From the NCBI GenBank assembly GCA_951406725.2, contig OX597819.1:40672001-40736000 (forward strand): a DNA stretch of 64,000 bases. Reading direction: 5' to 3'. Positions within the stretch are counted from its first letter, which is position 1; every line of letters begins with the position of its first letter. The stretch comes from Octopus vulgaris. Lineage: Eukaryota. The translations under genes and the position numbers were made by a program. The notes beneath the pieces were generated by a model. The model was given only the letters and a program-made list of their open reading frames with translations, searched no databases and was not told where the DNA came from. Shown in pieces: positions 1 through 13,774 of the stretch.

Positions 1-2485
1 TCCACACCACATTCAGTTAGGACACTCTGTATCACTTATACTTATTTTACAAATCATAATATTTATTGCTTATTTACAGTTCATACATCAATTTCATGAA
101 ACTAACTGAGCCATCGAATTTAGAAATATTTTACAGGTTTCAATTGTTTATGTTCAATTACTTTGAATATTGATTTTTTTGTGTGTCCAATTTCTAATTT
201 TTGCAGACAATATCACTTTTATATTTTATTTGACATGTGAGTAGAACTCATGTCTGGAAACCGTGTGACATACTTAGATTGTTGAAAAAAAAATCGATAA
301 TAGGGCCCCCTCCAATGGATCCTTCTATCTACTACATATTACTAACTTTTTATTTAAACAACCCAAGGGAAATAACCCATACCATCTGCAGTTTTTAGTG
401 AAGCGACCAATATTTGATTCTCACGTTCAGCCGACCTAATTCTGCATTTCACTACTCAGTCTTGAACTGCTAAACATTACTATTGTACTTCATTGATTTG
501 AATCTTAAACCTTAAAGACTTCATTAATACATTTCTATACATACATATTTTTTTGCATGGCCATTACTCCAATAATTCTGCATTTTTATGTAGTGGTTTC
601 ATGCAGGCATAGCATGGATTCAATCCTTAATTGCCAAATTTCACTAAACACTTCAACAGTGCTTTTCTTATGATATAACAATAGTTTTTCTGTGAATGAC
701 AGCAGTTATACATTTCCCAGATGCATTCGCTAAGTAGAATAATCTCTTTGCTACTTGACTCTTCTAACCTCTTCTAGGCTACTAGGGGCTGGAATGGAGA
801 TAACAGACCTCCAATGAAATCATTTGTTCTGTTATCCTTCTGGCTGTTTTTTGATAGTTATAAATAGTTATAAAAACTCCGTAAGCTAAAGGCAGTTACT
901 GAGACTGACCATCAGTGAGTGTGAACATTATTATTGCACTTTCTTCATTTTATTCTTAGACATTAAACACTTCATTCATATATTTACATACGTATATACT
1001 ACATTTATATATTACCGTTAATAAATCAGCTTTCATAAAGTTCACCTTTAAAATGCCACGATGAGTCAGAGTACTTTCTTGCAAACCTCCAAAAACCTCT
1101 CTCGCCAACCTCCAACAAATTCTCCCTCCTCCAGCTGATAGTTTTTGTACTTTTGTACTTTTGTGGCTGTTAAAACGAAATTGCTTTCTTATATCAGAAT
1201 AATAAGGTATTTTAATAGAACATCTCTACCCACCGGAATTTCTGGGTACACCAGCTAGTATATATATGGTAAATAAACAAACGACATAACATATACTGAA
1301 TGTAAAAATAAACGGGAGACAAACAGAAGGTCCGTAATTCTTCATCAGTTATTGACTAACTGGTAATATTCAGTTTTGCGCCTTTGACAATAAGACTGAG
1401 TGTTTCCCAATTGGTGGTGCCCTAAAAAAAATTTTCTTGTGGAGAATTAAGGATGAGAACAATTGTCTTATACGTATATAAAAGCAAGTTGTCTGTTTGT
1501 GTCAAGTTGCCATCTATGCCCTTTAACAAATTTTCATGAAACTTTGCAAACATGCTAAAGTAGCATCCAGTTTGTTACTAGACTCATTGAAGTTTAATAA
1601 AAGTCTATAATTGGATAGTTGGGGCTCCTAGAAGGGATCCACATATATAACCAATATATTTTCCCTTTAACAGCCAGGGGAAATAACCCATTCATTTTCC
1701 TAGCCAAGGGAAGTAACCCCTTCATTTTCCAATATATAATAAATGAAAAAATATATAAAATAATTCTTGATTTATTAAACAAGCATTCTACATTACGTGG
1801 ACTTTCTTACAAGAACTTAATTCACGTATATACTATGAATGACGATGCCTTTCATGTCACTTCAGCCAATTGACAAGCACTGCATGAAGAACTGTTCTGT
1901 TTTTAGACAAATGCACTGTCATCACAAAGGTCACACTCTGTTTACATCTAGGAACAACTTCTTAATTTATATTGATAGGTGTGTTAATATTTTGCAACGA
2001 TGTACTCTATGTAACAACCAACCACACAAGCAGACAGAAATCGCCATTTATCTATCAATAACATTGCAGTCGACACTGTATTCATACAGTTTACATGGTT
2101 TTTACATGTAGGAATGGTTTCTTAATTCATATTAATGGCTATGTTGATGTTTTCTTAAGATATAGCCTTTACTTTTCTTTAATGGCCAAGGGGAAATAAA
2201 ATCCCTTATTTTTCTTTTCCGCTCACTGATCATCTGCACTGTTATAAAGGTCATGTGTGGCTGGTGTGCTAATGATTCTGCCAGCTCAACGCTTAACACC
2301 ATCTTATTATTGAAGCACTTATCTTAATAAATTTTTCATAGAGGTACACGTGTGTCTGTGTGGTAAGAAGCCTGCTTCCCAACCGCACGATTCTGGGTTC
2401 AGTCCCACTGTGTAGCGCTATAGCTTTGGGCCAACCATAGCCTTGTGAGTGGATTTGGTAGAAAGAAACTGAAAGACGCCCATCA

Positions 2486-2538
<53 letters not shown>

Positions 2539-2956
2539 GTGTGTTTGTGTGTGTGTATGTCTTTGTGTCTGTGTTTGTCCCCTCATCACAGCTTGACAAC
2601 TGGTGTTGATGTGTTTATGTCCCCTTAACTTAGTGGTTCAGCAAAAGAGACTGAAAGAATAAGTACAAGGCTTAGAAAATAAGTCCTTGGGTCGATTTGT
2701 TCAACTAAAACCCGTCACAGCAGTGCTCCAGCATGGCCACAGTCAGATGACTAACAAGCAAAATAAAAAAAAAAGGAAAAAGAATCTTTACAAAATTAAT
2801 TGAACCAATATATTTCAACAGAAATATGGTAACAAAAGGTTTAAAATGCAGAGAATTAGTATTTTTTTTATGTAATCAATTTTCTCTGAACATTCTCACT
2901 TCTTGAGACCTTATTATATTTGTGTTACTGTATTTTATATAAATTTGTCTTTGTAG

Positions 2957-4042
2957 ATTATGAGGACCGGTTAAACAAGCTTTTTCCTGCTGAACTAAAG
3001 AAACACCCTTGCAGAAATGCTTCAACATCTAAGCAATCGGATATAAATACAGCAAAAACACATTTAAGAACTGCTCCATCAATGATTTCTCCTCCGAGTT
3101 CTGTCATCACTTTAGACAGTGACAGTCCTCCAACTACCGTTTCTTCACAAAGTGGATTTTCTCGAACATGCAACACAAACTGTGAATTAGATTCAGAAGT
3201 AACACATGTTCAGTTACCCAACCAACAAACCAATCATATTTTCACCCGAAATTCTCAAATTATTGATCTGGAAAGTCCTGCTAGTCCTCCTAGCAGCTTT
3301 AATTATTCTAGAAATGTATCAAAGCCATCTCAGTATTTAGATCATGAAAGTCAACCTAAACTAGTTAACAACAATCAGAAAATTGGTTTGGTACATTCAC
3401 GTAACATCACATCAAATCAATCCCAAACAAACAATAATGAAAATAATTTTTCAGTAAGTGATCCTCATCATCATCATCATCATCAAAAAACACTATTACA
3501 AGGATGTGTTGGCAGTGAAGCTGGCGGGCGAGGTATCATAAATATATCTTCACAGAACGTTGATAGCCGACATGAAAATCAAGCTAACACCAATACTTGT
3601 CTCACGAGGGATGAATCACAAATGGAATTATTAATGGATGTTGTCATTGATGAAGACTATTCTACAGACAACTGGAACAGCAATTCTTCCGCTACGGTTC
3701 AGGATAACACTTCACATAACTTTCAAAGCAATAAAGATAAACATTTACCTCTTTTGTCAGTACCTGCTAAAAGAGGTAACTTTTCAAATTCTAACCAGGT
3801 TAATAATATTAGTAATAATAATAATAATAATAATAACAATAACAACAATAACAATAATAATAATAGTAATAACAGTGATATAATTAAATTGGATTTGGAA
3901 AATATAGAATCTGCTAATAATGTGCCTGTTACAGATATTAAAATTGAAGATGTGAAGCATTGTCTTGATGAAGAAAAGTTCTCCCTATTAACTGACAGTG
4001 TGAACAACCCTAACGATGTGATACACGCAACCGAATATTCTG
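2957..4042 (+). CDS. Internal coding exon of an uncharacterised gene (Asn/Ser/His-rich low-complexity region)
   Basis: Acceptor tttgtctttgtag|2957 and donor 4042|gtcagt. Lies inside ORF 2920-4146. 1086 nt, phase 1-1, joins in frame to the 8752 exon. Confidence 0.85.
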
Positions 4043-4178
4043 GTCAGTATTTTGGTATTTATTTATTACCATTGCATGAAAACAAAAGTTCATTTCTTAA
4101 ATTTCACTTTCATTGCTTTGTTATAATTTCTGTTGATTATAGATAGTACGGTTTTTATAGAAGCATTAGTTGTTTTAA

Positions 4179-4600
4179 CCTTTTAGCACCTAACCCTTTC
4201 GTTACTGTATTTATTTTGAGATGCTCTGTGTTTCTTTCAATTATTTTAGATATAACAAAAATTTAGTAAAATAACCTAGTTACCATTAAGCTAGTTTTAG
4301 GAACGTAAATTGTGACTAAGGCTTGGTGGAATATTTTAATTAAAAAATTATAAAAACAAGACATTTTACCACAGAGCCAGAGCTGGTTTTGGCCGGGTTA
4401 GCAACAAAAGGGTTAAACCGGTCATATCCAGCCTAAATATTCCACCTGATCTGACCTCTCACACTTACCCTACAATGTCATTCTAGAAATACACAATTAC
4501 ACTGTTGAAACCTTGAAGCTATGAAAGAATGCATGAGTAACTGGAAACAATGTAAATCAATAAGTATTATATTTGATAAAGTACTCTGAATGCCAGAGGG
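4179..4600 (+). mobile_element. piggyBac-type MITE (TTAA TSD) with a second piggyBac-type MITE nested at 4194-4412
   Basis: Outer TTAA|CCTTTTAGCA...TGCCAGAGGG|TTAA. Inner CCCTTTCGTTAC...GCAACAAAAGGG|TTAA. Confidence 0.75.
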
Positions 4601-5845
4601 TTAAAGCTGAATACTCTTTTTACCGTTAATCACTTAGTCATCAAATGCCGCAGCTACAGTAACTGCAGCAGTGGCAGCAGTAGCAAGTGGAGACGCAATG
4701 GCCCAGTGGTTAGGGCAGCGGATTTGCAGTAGGAGGATTGCGGTTTTGATTCCCAGACCGGGCGTTGTGTGTGCTTATTGAGCGAAAACACGTAAAGCTC
4801 CGCGAGGCTTTGGCAGGGGGTGGGGTGGCGACTCTTGTTGTACTCTTTCGCTCTAATTTTCTCTCACTCTTCCTGTTTCTTGTCCCCGACTTTCTATGCA
4901 ACCGCTGAGCCTGGATGCGCATTCACCCATCCGTCGATGCTCTCGATGTCGGGGGTTGACTTGCTTTCTCTTCTGCGTGTCTTATGAATAGCAAAGGACC
5001 ATGTTTCGGACTTCTCCCATCTTGCGAGCTCTGGGACAAAGACTGTTCGCTCAACAGCAACAGCAGCCCTAGATTGGCTCTGATCAAATAAACTTATGAT
5101 ATGTTGTTAGTAAGGACATATTGTAAATGAACCTTCATCATCATGTTTAATGCCCACCTTCCATGCTGGCATGGGTTGGAAGGTTTGACAGGAACCTGCA
5201 CCAAACTGCTGTGTCTCTTTTGGCAGGGTTTTTACGGCTGCCTGCCTGCCCACACAGCTGAACTGAACCCAAAACCATGTGGCCAATATGGTAATAAAAA
5301 GGTTAAAATTGTTACCTGTGGTATAGTTTTGCTTGTTGATACATGATTAAAACAGAAAAAGCAAGCATGGCTATATGGTTCCCAACTACATGGTTTTGAG
5401 TTTAGTTCTGCATGACCGACAAAAGCTTTGTGAGTGAATTTGGTTGATGGAAACTGAAAGAAGCCCATGTGTGTGAGTGTGTGTGTGAATGTTTGTGTCT
5501 CCTTGTCTTGACGTCACATGGTTATTGTAAATGAGTGTCACTGTCATACAAGCAGTGTCATCCATTTCCAATATTCTGTGAAAACATGTCTGGCTACGGG
5601 GAAATAATTATTACTTTACCTCGAAACAGGTAAGGGTTGTTGACATGAAGGTTCATCTGGCTGTAGAAAGTCTGCCTAATAACCAATGTCTGAGTCATGC
5701 AAGCGTGGGAAAATGGGTATTAAAATGATGATGATGATGATAAACTGCACACATTATAGAATGTTTCTTATCTACTTAGCTGTAGACCATTAAAAGTTTC
5801 CTTATTCCATCACTATCAGTCTTTGTATTTAACCCTTTGGCATTT

Positions 5846-6184
5846 CGGGGATCAGGTCGGGGGATCCCCTTTGGTCACGGCACTGACCATGGGATTGCAC
5901 CTAGAAAGTTACCCTCCTAGTCACAAGTCTGGGCAAGGTGGTTTATGGAGGACCAGCAGTCGCCCATGCATACCGGCTTCCTCTCTCCTCGCCACCAGTG
6001 TTATCCAAGGGAAAGGCAGCAGCCGATACAGCTTGGCACTCGTGATGTCGCAACTCATTTCTACAGCTGAGTGAACAGGAGCAACGTGAAATAAAATGTC
6101 TTGCTCAAGAACACAACACGCAGCCCGGTCCGGGATTCAAACTCACAACCTCACGATCGTAAGCTTGACGCTTTAACCACTGAG
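5846..6184 (-). mobile_element. tRNA-derived SINE with a 12-bp TSD, inserted in a piggyBac MITE
   Basis: TSD cctttggcattt at 5834-5845 and 6185-6196. tRNA-like head on the minus strand. A related copy lies at about 9205-9550. Confidence 0.8.
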
Positions 6185-7309
6185 CCTTTGGCATTTAAAC
6201 CATCCATATCTGGCCCAAATATTGTACGTGTTTTGTATTCAAACTAGCCAAATCTGACCTCCCACATCTACACTACAGTGTCATTCTAATGATAAACAAC
6301 CATGTCATCAAAGTCTCAAAACTACAAGATATAATGCATAATTAATTCAAAACAATGTGAATAAATAAGCATTACATTTGGCAAAGTAATATGAATACCA
6401 AAGTATTAAATCACAATGAGCCTCTTAAAAAAAGAAAGCAGCATTTTTACAGAAAAGAGAGCTAAGGTGGCAAGCTGGCAGAGATGTTAGCACACCAGGC
6501 AAAATGCTTAACGATATTTTGTCTGCCGCTATGTTCTGAGTTCAAATTCTGCCGAGGTTGACTTTGCCTTTCATCCTTTCGGGGTTGATTAAATAAGTAC
6601 TAGTTACGCACTGGGGTCGATATAATCGACTTATTCCGTTTGTCTGTCCTTGTTTGTCCCCTCTGTGTGTAGCCCCTTGTGGGCAGTAAAGAAATAGGTA
6701 TTTCGTCTGCTGTGACTTTGCCTTTCATCCTTTCGGGGTCGATTAAATAAGTACCAGTTACACACTGGGGTCAATATAATCAACTTGATCCGTTTGTCTG
6801 TCCTTGTTTGTCCCCTCTGTGTGTAGCCCATTGTGGGCAGTAAAGAAATAAGAGAGCTAAATTCTGGTTTCTTTTCTGAGTATGTGTTCATACTTTGTGT
6901 TCTAGGAGAAGAAAATAGAAGAATGTGATATTCAAGATATTATGGTATAAGGGAATTGAAATGGTTTCAACTGGAGATTGAGAGCATATTGTCTTATTTA
7001 ACAGTTTTCCATTTATTGGTTTCAAATTTTGGTGCAAGGCCAGCAATTTTAGGCAGGGCATAAGTCGATTACATTGACCCCAGTGCTCAACTGGTACTTA
7101 CTTTATTGACCCTGAAAGGATGAAAGGCATAGTTGACCTCAATGGAGTTTGAACTCAGAATGTAAAGGTGGATGAAATGCCACTAAGCATTTTGTCCATT
7201 ATGCTAATGATTCTGCCAGCTTGTACTTATCTATTTAAACTGGATATTTTGGGTAGGGCAATAATGTTTTGTTCTTTTTAATGTATTTAGTTAATATTTT
7301 CATTTGAAT

Positions 7310-7765
7310 ATAGGAACAGTGAACGGTATAAATAGAGTATAGGGGGTGGGATAATAGTATGACTAGGAAATTAGGGACTGAATGGCTTAATCAAAATATA
7401 AAGGCAGAAAATGGTTTAATTAGAGACAGGAAATGGTATGACTGGAATGGGACAGTGGATGGTTTAACTAGTATATAGGGGACAGTGAATGATGTATCCA
7501 GAATATAAGGGGCAGTAAAAAGTATAACCAGAATATAGAGAGAAAGTGAATGATAAAACCAGAACACAAAGGACAGTGAATGGTATAATCATTTCACAGG
7601 GGACAAAGAAATGGTTTAACCTGAATATAGGAGACAGTGCATGGTATAACAAGAATATAAGGGATAATGGATGATATATCCAGAATATAAGAGACAGTGA
7701 ATGGTATAACCAGACCACATGAGATAGTGGATAGTATAACAAGAATCACTGATTGTCACAGTGGA
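7310..7765 (+). repeat. Diverged ~30-bp minisatellite (gacagtgaatggtataaccagaatataagg)
   Basis: More than 10 degenerate tandem units. It explains the spurious ORF 7464-7742. Confidence 0.8.
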
Positions 7766-7769
7766 AATG

Positions 7770-7792
<23 letters not shown>

Positions 7793-7800
<8 letters not shown>

Positions 7801-8160
7801 TGCCCCCTTGTTATCGAGTATGGCCATTGCACGAAGCTTAACTGTTCCTGGTGCTGTGATTGAATGTGACTTTTTAGCCAAGCTAAAGATCTACAATGTT
7901 TTGTACAGAATTGGCAGCTAAAACCTTTACTGGCAATAGCCGGCTGTAGTTGTAACTGGGCTTCATGTACCTTTGCATGTCGTTTAAGTCCTCCTGCCGA
8001 ATTACACTCTTCCACATGCCTGGCAGATATGATTAGTACGGTGTGTAACACCACCACCAGTGGCCAGGTTGTCACTCATCTGTCTCGCTTTATGACTACG
8101 AAGATGACTCTTGAATCCAGCTTTACTGAAGCAGGGTCTTGCACGTATATTTAATCAACT
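7793..8160 (-). mobile_element. LINE 3' fragment with degenerate C2H2-like fingers
   Basis: ORF 7746-8075 contains C.SAGGLKRH and CQFC.K.C.S...LKSH. No splice context. Confidence 0.45.
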
Positions 8161-8380
8161 AACTCATGTCCCTCCCTAAAATTCTGGCTGGTGTTAATGT
8201 TAGAAATGAATTATTTGTAACAGATGTGGTTGTATAGTTAAAATGCTTGCTTCCTAAACATGTGGTCTTAGGTTCAGTCCTACTGCATGATACCTTGGGC
8301 AAGTGTCTTCTGCTATAGTCCTGGACCAACCAAAGCCTTGAGTGGACAGGTAACTGAAAACTGGAAGGAGTCTATCATGT

Positions 8381-8419
<39 letters not shown>

Positions 8420-8751
8420 GTGTGTTGTGTGTATGTGTGTGTGTGCCATTTTCGTGATATCATGTGATGTTTGCAAATGAGCATCACCATTATACAAGTG
8501 GTGAGGTTTGTTTCTTGTCTTCTGTGGGTGAAATATTATCTTGGTTGGAAATGGGTGAGCATTGGTGACAAGAAGGGCATCTGGGCATAGAACATCTACA
8601 AATTCCATATGACCCATGCAAGCATGGAAAATTGGGTGTCAAATATGATGATGATGATGAACAACAATAACAACAAATTACTTTTGAAATATAGCATCTT
8701 TTGATATAAAACTTTAAAGTTAACATCTTGGATATTTATATTATTTTACAG

Positions 8752-8840
8752 ATTCTGACATGGAAGGTGAAAACAGCCATAGTTCACAACACGACACTGT
8801 AAATGCTGAACGTCTATGGAGTGCTGAAGAATTGAAAGAA
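8752..8840 (+). CDS. Coding exon of the same + strand gene (DSDMEGENSHSSQHDTVNAERLWSAEELKE)
   Basis: Acceptor attttacag|8752 and donor 8840|gttggt. 89 nt, phase 1-0, exactly bridges the 4042 and 12366 exons. Confidence 0.75.
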
Positions 8841-10191
8841 GTTGGTTTGGTTTTTAATGTTAATTTCCATTAAAAAAGATTTTATTTTTGTATCTCATAT
8901 GGAATCTATTTCTGTTCCATATTTTCAGTCATTGCTCAATTAGCACAATTTTTTGTGTTCTGATATTGGTGAAAATTTTAATCCTAGTTTTAAATTTTGG
9001 CACAAGCCCAACAATCTTGGCGGAGAGGCTAAGTCGATTACATTGACCCTGGTGCTAACTGGTACTTATTTTATTGACTCCGGAAAGATAAAAGGCTCAG
9101 TTGACCATGGCAGAATTTGAACTCTGAATGTTAAGATGGATGAAATGCTGCTAAGCATTTTTTTCAGCATGCTAATGATTTTGCCATCTCACTGCTTTAA
9201 TGGCAAAAGGGTAAAGATCCCTTTGGTTATGATGAATGACCACAGGATTGCACCAAAAAAGTTCCCCTCCAGGGCACAAGTTTGGGCAAGGTCGTTTATG
9301 GAAGACCAGCAGTCACCCATGCATATCAGCCTCTCCTCTCCACACCACTGATGTTATTCAAGGAAAAGGCAAAGGCCGATACAGCTTGAAACCTTTGACA
9401 TCGCAACTCATTTCTTACAGCTGAATGAACTGGAGCAATGTAAAATAAAGTGTCTTATTCAAGAACACCACGCACAGCCCAAACCAGGAATCAAACTCAC
9501 TACCTCATGATTATGGGCCTGATGTTCTAACCACTGAGCCATGTGCCTTCACTGCCTTAATGGTGAGATTGTAATATTAAGATAGGTATTGTCATGGTTA
9601 TACATACGGTTATACAAAGTCAAATATTTGTAATCATTTTAACTGTTTAACATTGATTTTTGTTTTGGGTCAGAATAGTTTGTTTAATAATGTCCAAACT
9701 CTCATTTGAAACTGATAAGAAATTGCCTGGGTTGGTTATCTGCATTAGACAGTTGTCTTATCCAGAGAGAAGATTCATCTCTCATGGCACCTAGTAGGTA
9801 TATATATAATCCTTTCTACTATAGGTACAAAACCTGAAATTTTGTGGGTGGGAGCTGGTTGGTTACATCAACCCCAGTTTTCAACTGGTACTTATTTTAT
9901 TGATCCTGAATGGATGACAGGCAAAATTGTTGGCAGAATTTGAACTCAGAATGTGAAGGTGAATGAAATGTCACTAAGCATTTTGTCCAGCATGCTAATG
10001 ATTCTACCATCTTGGCATATGTAATGGAAATTGTTTCTATTGTGAAGGAACATTTAGGCCAACTGGAGCAATATATTTATTGTATGATCATAGTGTTACA
10101 CATTTGGGATTGTATTCTCGTTATCTAAAGTTGTGGTCCTCAGCTAGGGAATAAATGACCTTTGGCAGTCCATATAAGATTTAGTTGTTGA

Positions 10192-10582
10192 TGGCTGTGT
10201 GGTAAGTAGCTTGCTTACCAGCCACATAGTCCTGGGTTCAGTCCCACTGCATGGTACCTTGGGCAAGTGTCTCCTACTATAGCCTCGGGCCGACCAAAGC
10301 CTTGTGAGTGGATTTGGTAGATGGAAACTGAAAGAAGCCCGTCGTATATATGTATATATATTACGTGTGTGTGTATATGTTTGTGTGTCTGTGTTTGTCC
10401 TCCCAACATTGCTTGACAACCGATGCTGGTGTGTTTACGTTCCTGTAACTTAGCGGTTCGGCAAAAAGAGACCGAAGAATAAGTACTAGGCTTACAAAAA
10501 TAAGTCCTGGGGTCGATTTGCTCGACTAAAGGCGGTGCTCCAGCATGGCCACAGTCAAATGACTGAAACAAGTGAAAGAGTA
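10192..10582 (+). mobile_element. Abundant tRNA-derived SINE family A with an internal (TA)/(TG) microsatellite
   Basis: ggctgtgtggtaag...gggttcagtccc head and ...ggcggtgctccagcatggcc tail. Near-full copies also at about 2343-2765, 14238-14622, 14628-14975, 46118-46527 (+) and 31960-32340, 57410-57740, 63110-63530 (-). Confidence 0.85.
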
Positions 10583-10650
10583 ATAAGTTGGTTATACTTC
10601 TGCAATGCAAAAACTATTTAAAAATTTTTTCAATACTCTTCCTGATATTA

Positions 10651-11014
10651 TCTCTATATATATAAACAGCAAAATGTCTGTGTGTGTGTCCTTTATACAA
10701 ATCCACAATTTTTCAGTTAGTGGGCACACACTTTCTATGGTCATTCAAAACCGTCCAAGGGTGGTCGTGCACATCTTTACATTTCCCCACTCACTCCGCA
10801 AAGCCATTAAAAAATCAATAGAAGTGACTTTTTTGTGAATTTTCTATCCAAAACCCAATCAAAATGCCTGAAACTTGATACGCCAATTGAATGCCTGCTA
10901 GCTGTATGTGATTGGTCAGAGATTTGGACAGTACTCGCGTGTATGTGTGCACGCACTCAGCTGTATATGCATGCACTAGCACTATGACCCGGCGTTGCTG
11001 GGTCATAATGCTAG
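10651..11014 (+). mobile_element. Non-autonomous Helitron
   Basis: A|TCTCTATATATATAAAC...tatgacccggcgttgctgggtcata hairpin...CTAG|T. Confidence 0.82.
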
Positions 11015-11820
11015 TTTAATTATAAAAATACAATGGGATTTTTATAAACATCAAATAGCTGTGGGAATCCAGTAGAGTAAAATAAGAGTCAAAAGGGTTC
11101 ACAAACAAAAAATGGTTGAGAAACACTAATCTAAAAGTATATTATTGTTTCAACATCATTCATCATCATCATCATCATTCTTTAACGTCCGTTTTCCATG
11201 ATAGCATGGGTTGGACGGTTTGACCGAGGTCTGGGAAGCCAGGAGGTTACGCCAGGCTCCAGTCTGATCTAGCAGTGTTTCTACAGCTGGATGCCCTTCC
11301 TAATGCCAACCACTCCATGAGTGTAGTGGGTGCTTTTTACGTGCCACTGACACAGGGGCCAGAGGAGGCTGGCAAACAGCAATGATTGGTCAGTGCTTTT
11401 TATGTGTCACCGACACGGACACTAGTTGGGTGGCGCTGGTATTGGCCACATTCGTATGGTGCTTTTTACATGTCACTGGCATGGGTATCATAACTACAAT
11501 TTCCATTTGATTTCAACCTAATGAAAATATCTGTAATCAGGTGTTACTACAATGTCTGTCATAATACTACTGTTACCACCTGCTGGAAAGGTAATGGTGA
11601 AGTAGAAGAGATGCTTCAAGGGATAAAATACAATAGAGTTTATAGTAATGATAGACAGAATCCTCTCCCTTTCCATGTGCCACACTTACAGTTGTCAGCA
11701 TTCACAGACCTTCATGTCCTGTCCCGCACACAGCTTAGCACATGGGCAAGAGTCTTCTATTATAGCCTTGGGCTGACCTATGTCTTGTGAGCAAATTCGA
11801 TAGATGGAAATTCTCTGGAA

Positions 11821-11930
<110 letters not shown>

Positions 11931-12365
11931 CAGAGTCCACACTGTAAAGTGGTTGGTATTTGGAAAGGCATCCAACTGTAAAAAACTATGCCAAAAATGA
12001 CCTTGCCTGTGCTGGTGCCATGTAAAAAGTACTGAGCCCACTCTGCTGGTGGTTGGTGTTAAGAAGGGCATCCAACTGTAAAAGGATGTTAAGTGATGAT
12101 ACATATATGTGCCTGTGTGTGTGTGTTTATCACTTCTATGCACCACTTGATGAGTGTTGGTTTGTTTATGTCCCCTTAACTTAGCAGTTTGGCAAAAGAA
12201 ACTGATAGAATATGCACCATATTTATCTTGCCCATGATGCTGCACAGTGGGACTGAACCTGAAACCACTTCGTTGCAAAGTGAGCTTCTTAATCACACAG
12301 CCATGCCTACTCTTGTGTTTTATTTACTATATTCTAAAATTGATTTTTCTTTCTCTCTCTTTCAG

Positions 12366-12626
12366 TTTTCAAATGCTGTAATATCTCGGCGCAGATATAT
12401 TGGTAACCGCTTCAAACCAAACATTTCCTTACCTGTATTCAGTGGCTATTTACAGAACATGCTAGAAACTGGAAAAGCTCAGTTTGTGTGGTCAAAGTTA
12501 GTAGAACAATGTGCATATCATATTTTAGCGCAAAAAGACATTCGTGAAAAACACGACTATCGGGAATTTTGCCATGCTTTATATCAACAATATCCCAGTA
12601 TTGGATTAGAAGGTCCCCAACCATGG
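12366..12626 (+). CDS. Coding exon, N-terminal part of a predicted helical domain (FSNAVISRRRYIG...YPSIGLEGPQPW)
   Basis: Acceptor ctctctctttcag|12366 and donor 12626|gtaagt. 261 nt, phase 0-0, non-repetitive globular-looking sequence. Confidence 0.88.
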
Positions 12627-13738
12627 GTAAGTGTAGTTTGGTTGTTATCATTTGTTTTCATGTCATTTGTTTTCTGATGCCAGTGCCAGTGGCACGTAAA
12701 AAATACCATTTGAGTGTTGGGCCTCATGGAGGCAGTGACATGTAACCAAGACCTTTGGTGATATACCGTGCTTGTGTAGAGTTGTTAAGCCAAGTGAGAC
12801 TGTAGTTGTGGCCAATGCTGGTGTCAGGTCAGTGGCACCTGTGCTGGTGGCATGTAAAAAGCACTCACTACACCCTCAGAGTGGTTAGTGTTAGGAAGGG
12901 CATCCAGCTGTAGAAACCTTATGAAATCAGATCAGAATCCGGTGCAGCTCCCTGGCATACCAGTTTTCAGTGAAACCGTCTAACCCATGCCAGCATGGAA
13001 AGTAAACATTAAATGATGATGATATGTTGTTCTTATTTTTTTCCTTTTGTTTTTCTTGCTTGAATTGCAGTTTTTTTTGTTTGAGTCGTGATAGTTAACT
13101 GCTCAACACCTTTCTGCTTTCTCCTTTCTTAAATAAAACACACACACACATCTCATATTAGTTGTTGTTTAGCCCATGGTCAACCCTGATTGAGTGATGT
13201 TGAGGCACATGGCCTAATGGTTAGAGCAGCAGACTCGCGGTCGGGGGATCGCGGTTTCGAATCTCAGACCGGGCGATGTGTATGTTTATGAGCGAAACAC
13301 CTAAGCTCCATGAGACTCCGGCTGAAGGTAGTGTTGGTGAGACAGGTGGAGTTTTGTTTGTTGGTTGTAAACAACAACCTTCTGAGAGTGTTGTTTGCTT
13401 GTAGTCCATTGCAAAAGCATATCCAGACTTCTTGACTTGTCTTGGCATGTATGATCTTTGTAAACCAGAGGCTAGTTTACATGGCATTGTTTATTTCCGG
13501 TTCTCAGGGTAAAAATATCCGGCTTGTTGTCGTTCGATAGACAAAGAGATTATTACTTTGTTTGGAAACAAATGAGGGTTGGCAACTGGAGGGACATTTG
13601 ATTGTAGAAAACTGTGCCACGACTTAAATTCCTCTGCCCCATGCAAGCTTGGAAAAGTAGATGTTAAAATGGTGATGATAATGATAATGAATGTGTGTGT
13701 ATGTGAGAGAGAGAGAGAGAGAAAGAAAGAAAGAGATA

Positions 13739-13774
<36 letters not shown>

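Noticed and set aside
80-236. Possible small + strand exons (tttacag|80; ttgcag|207...236|gtgagt)
   Set aside because: Splice-like signals in AT-rich DNA with no recognisable protein. Cannot be supported without transcripts.
1594-1873. Overlapping short ORFs with ~33-bp repeats (gccaagggaaataacccc)
   Set aside because: Derived from a short dispersed or tandem repeat (also near 362 and 2184). No coding signal.
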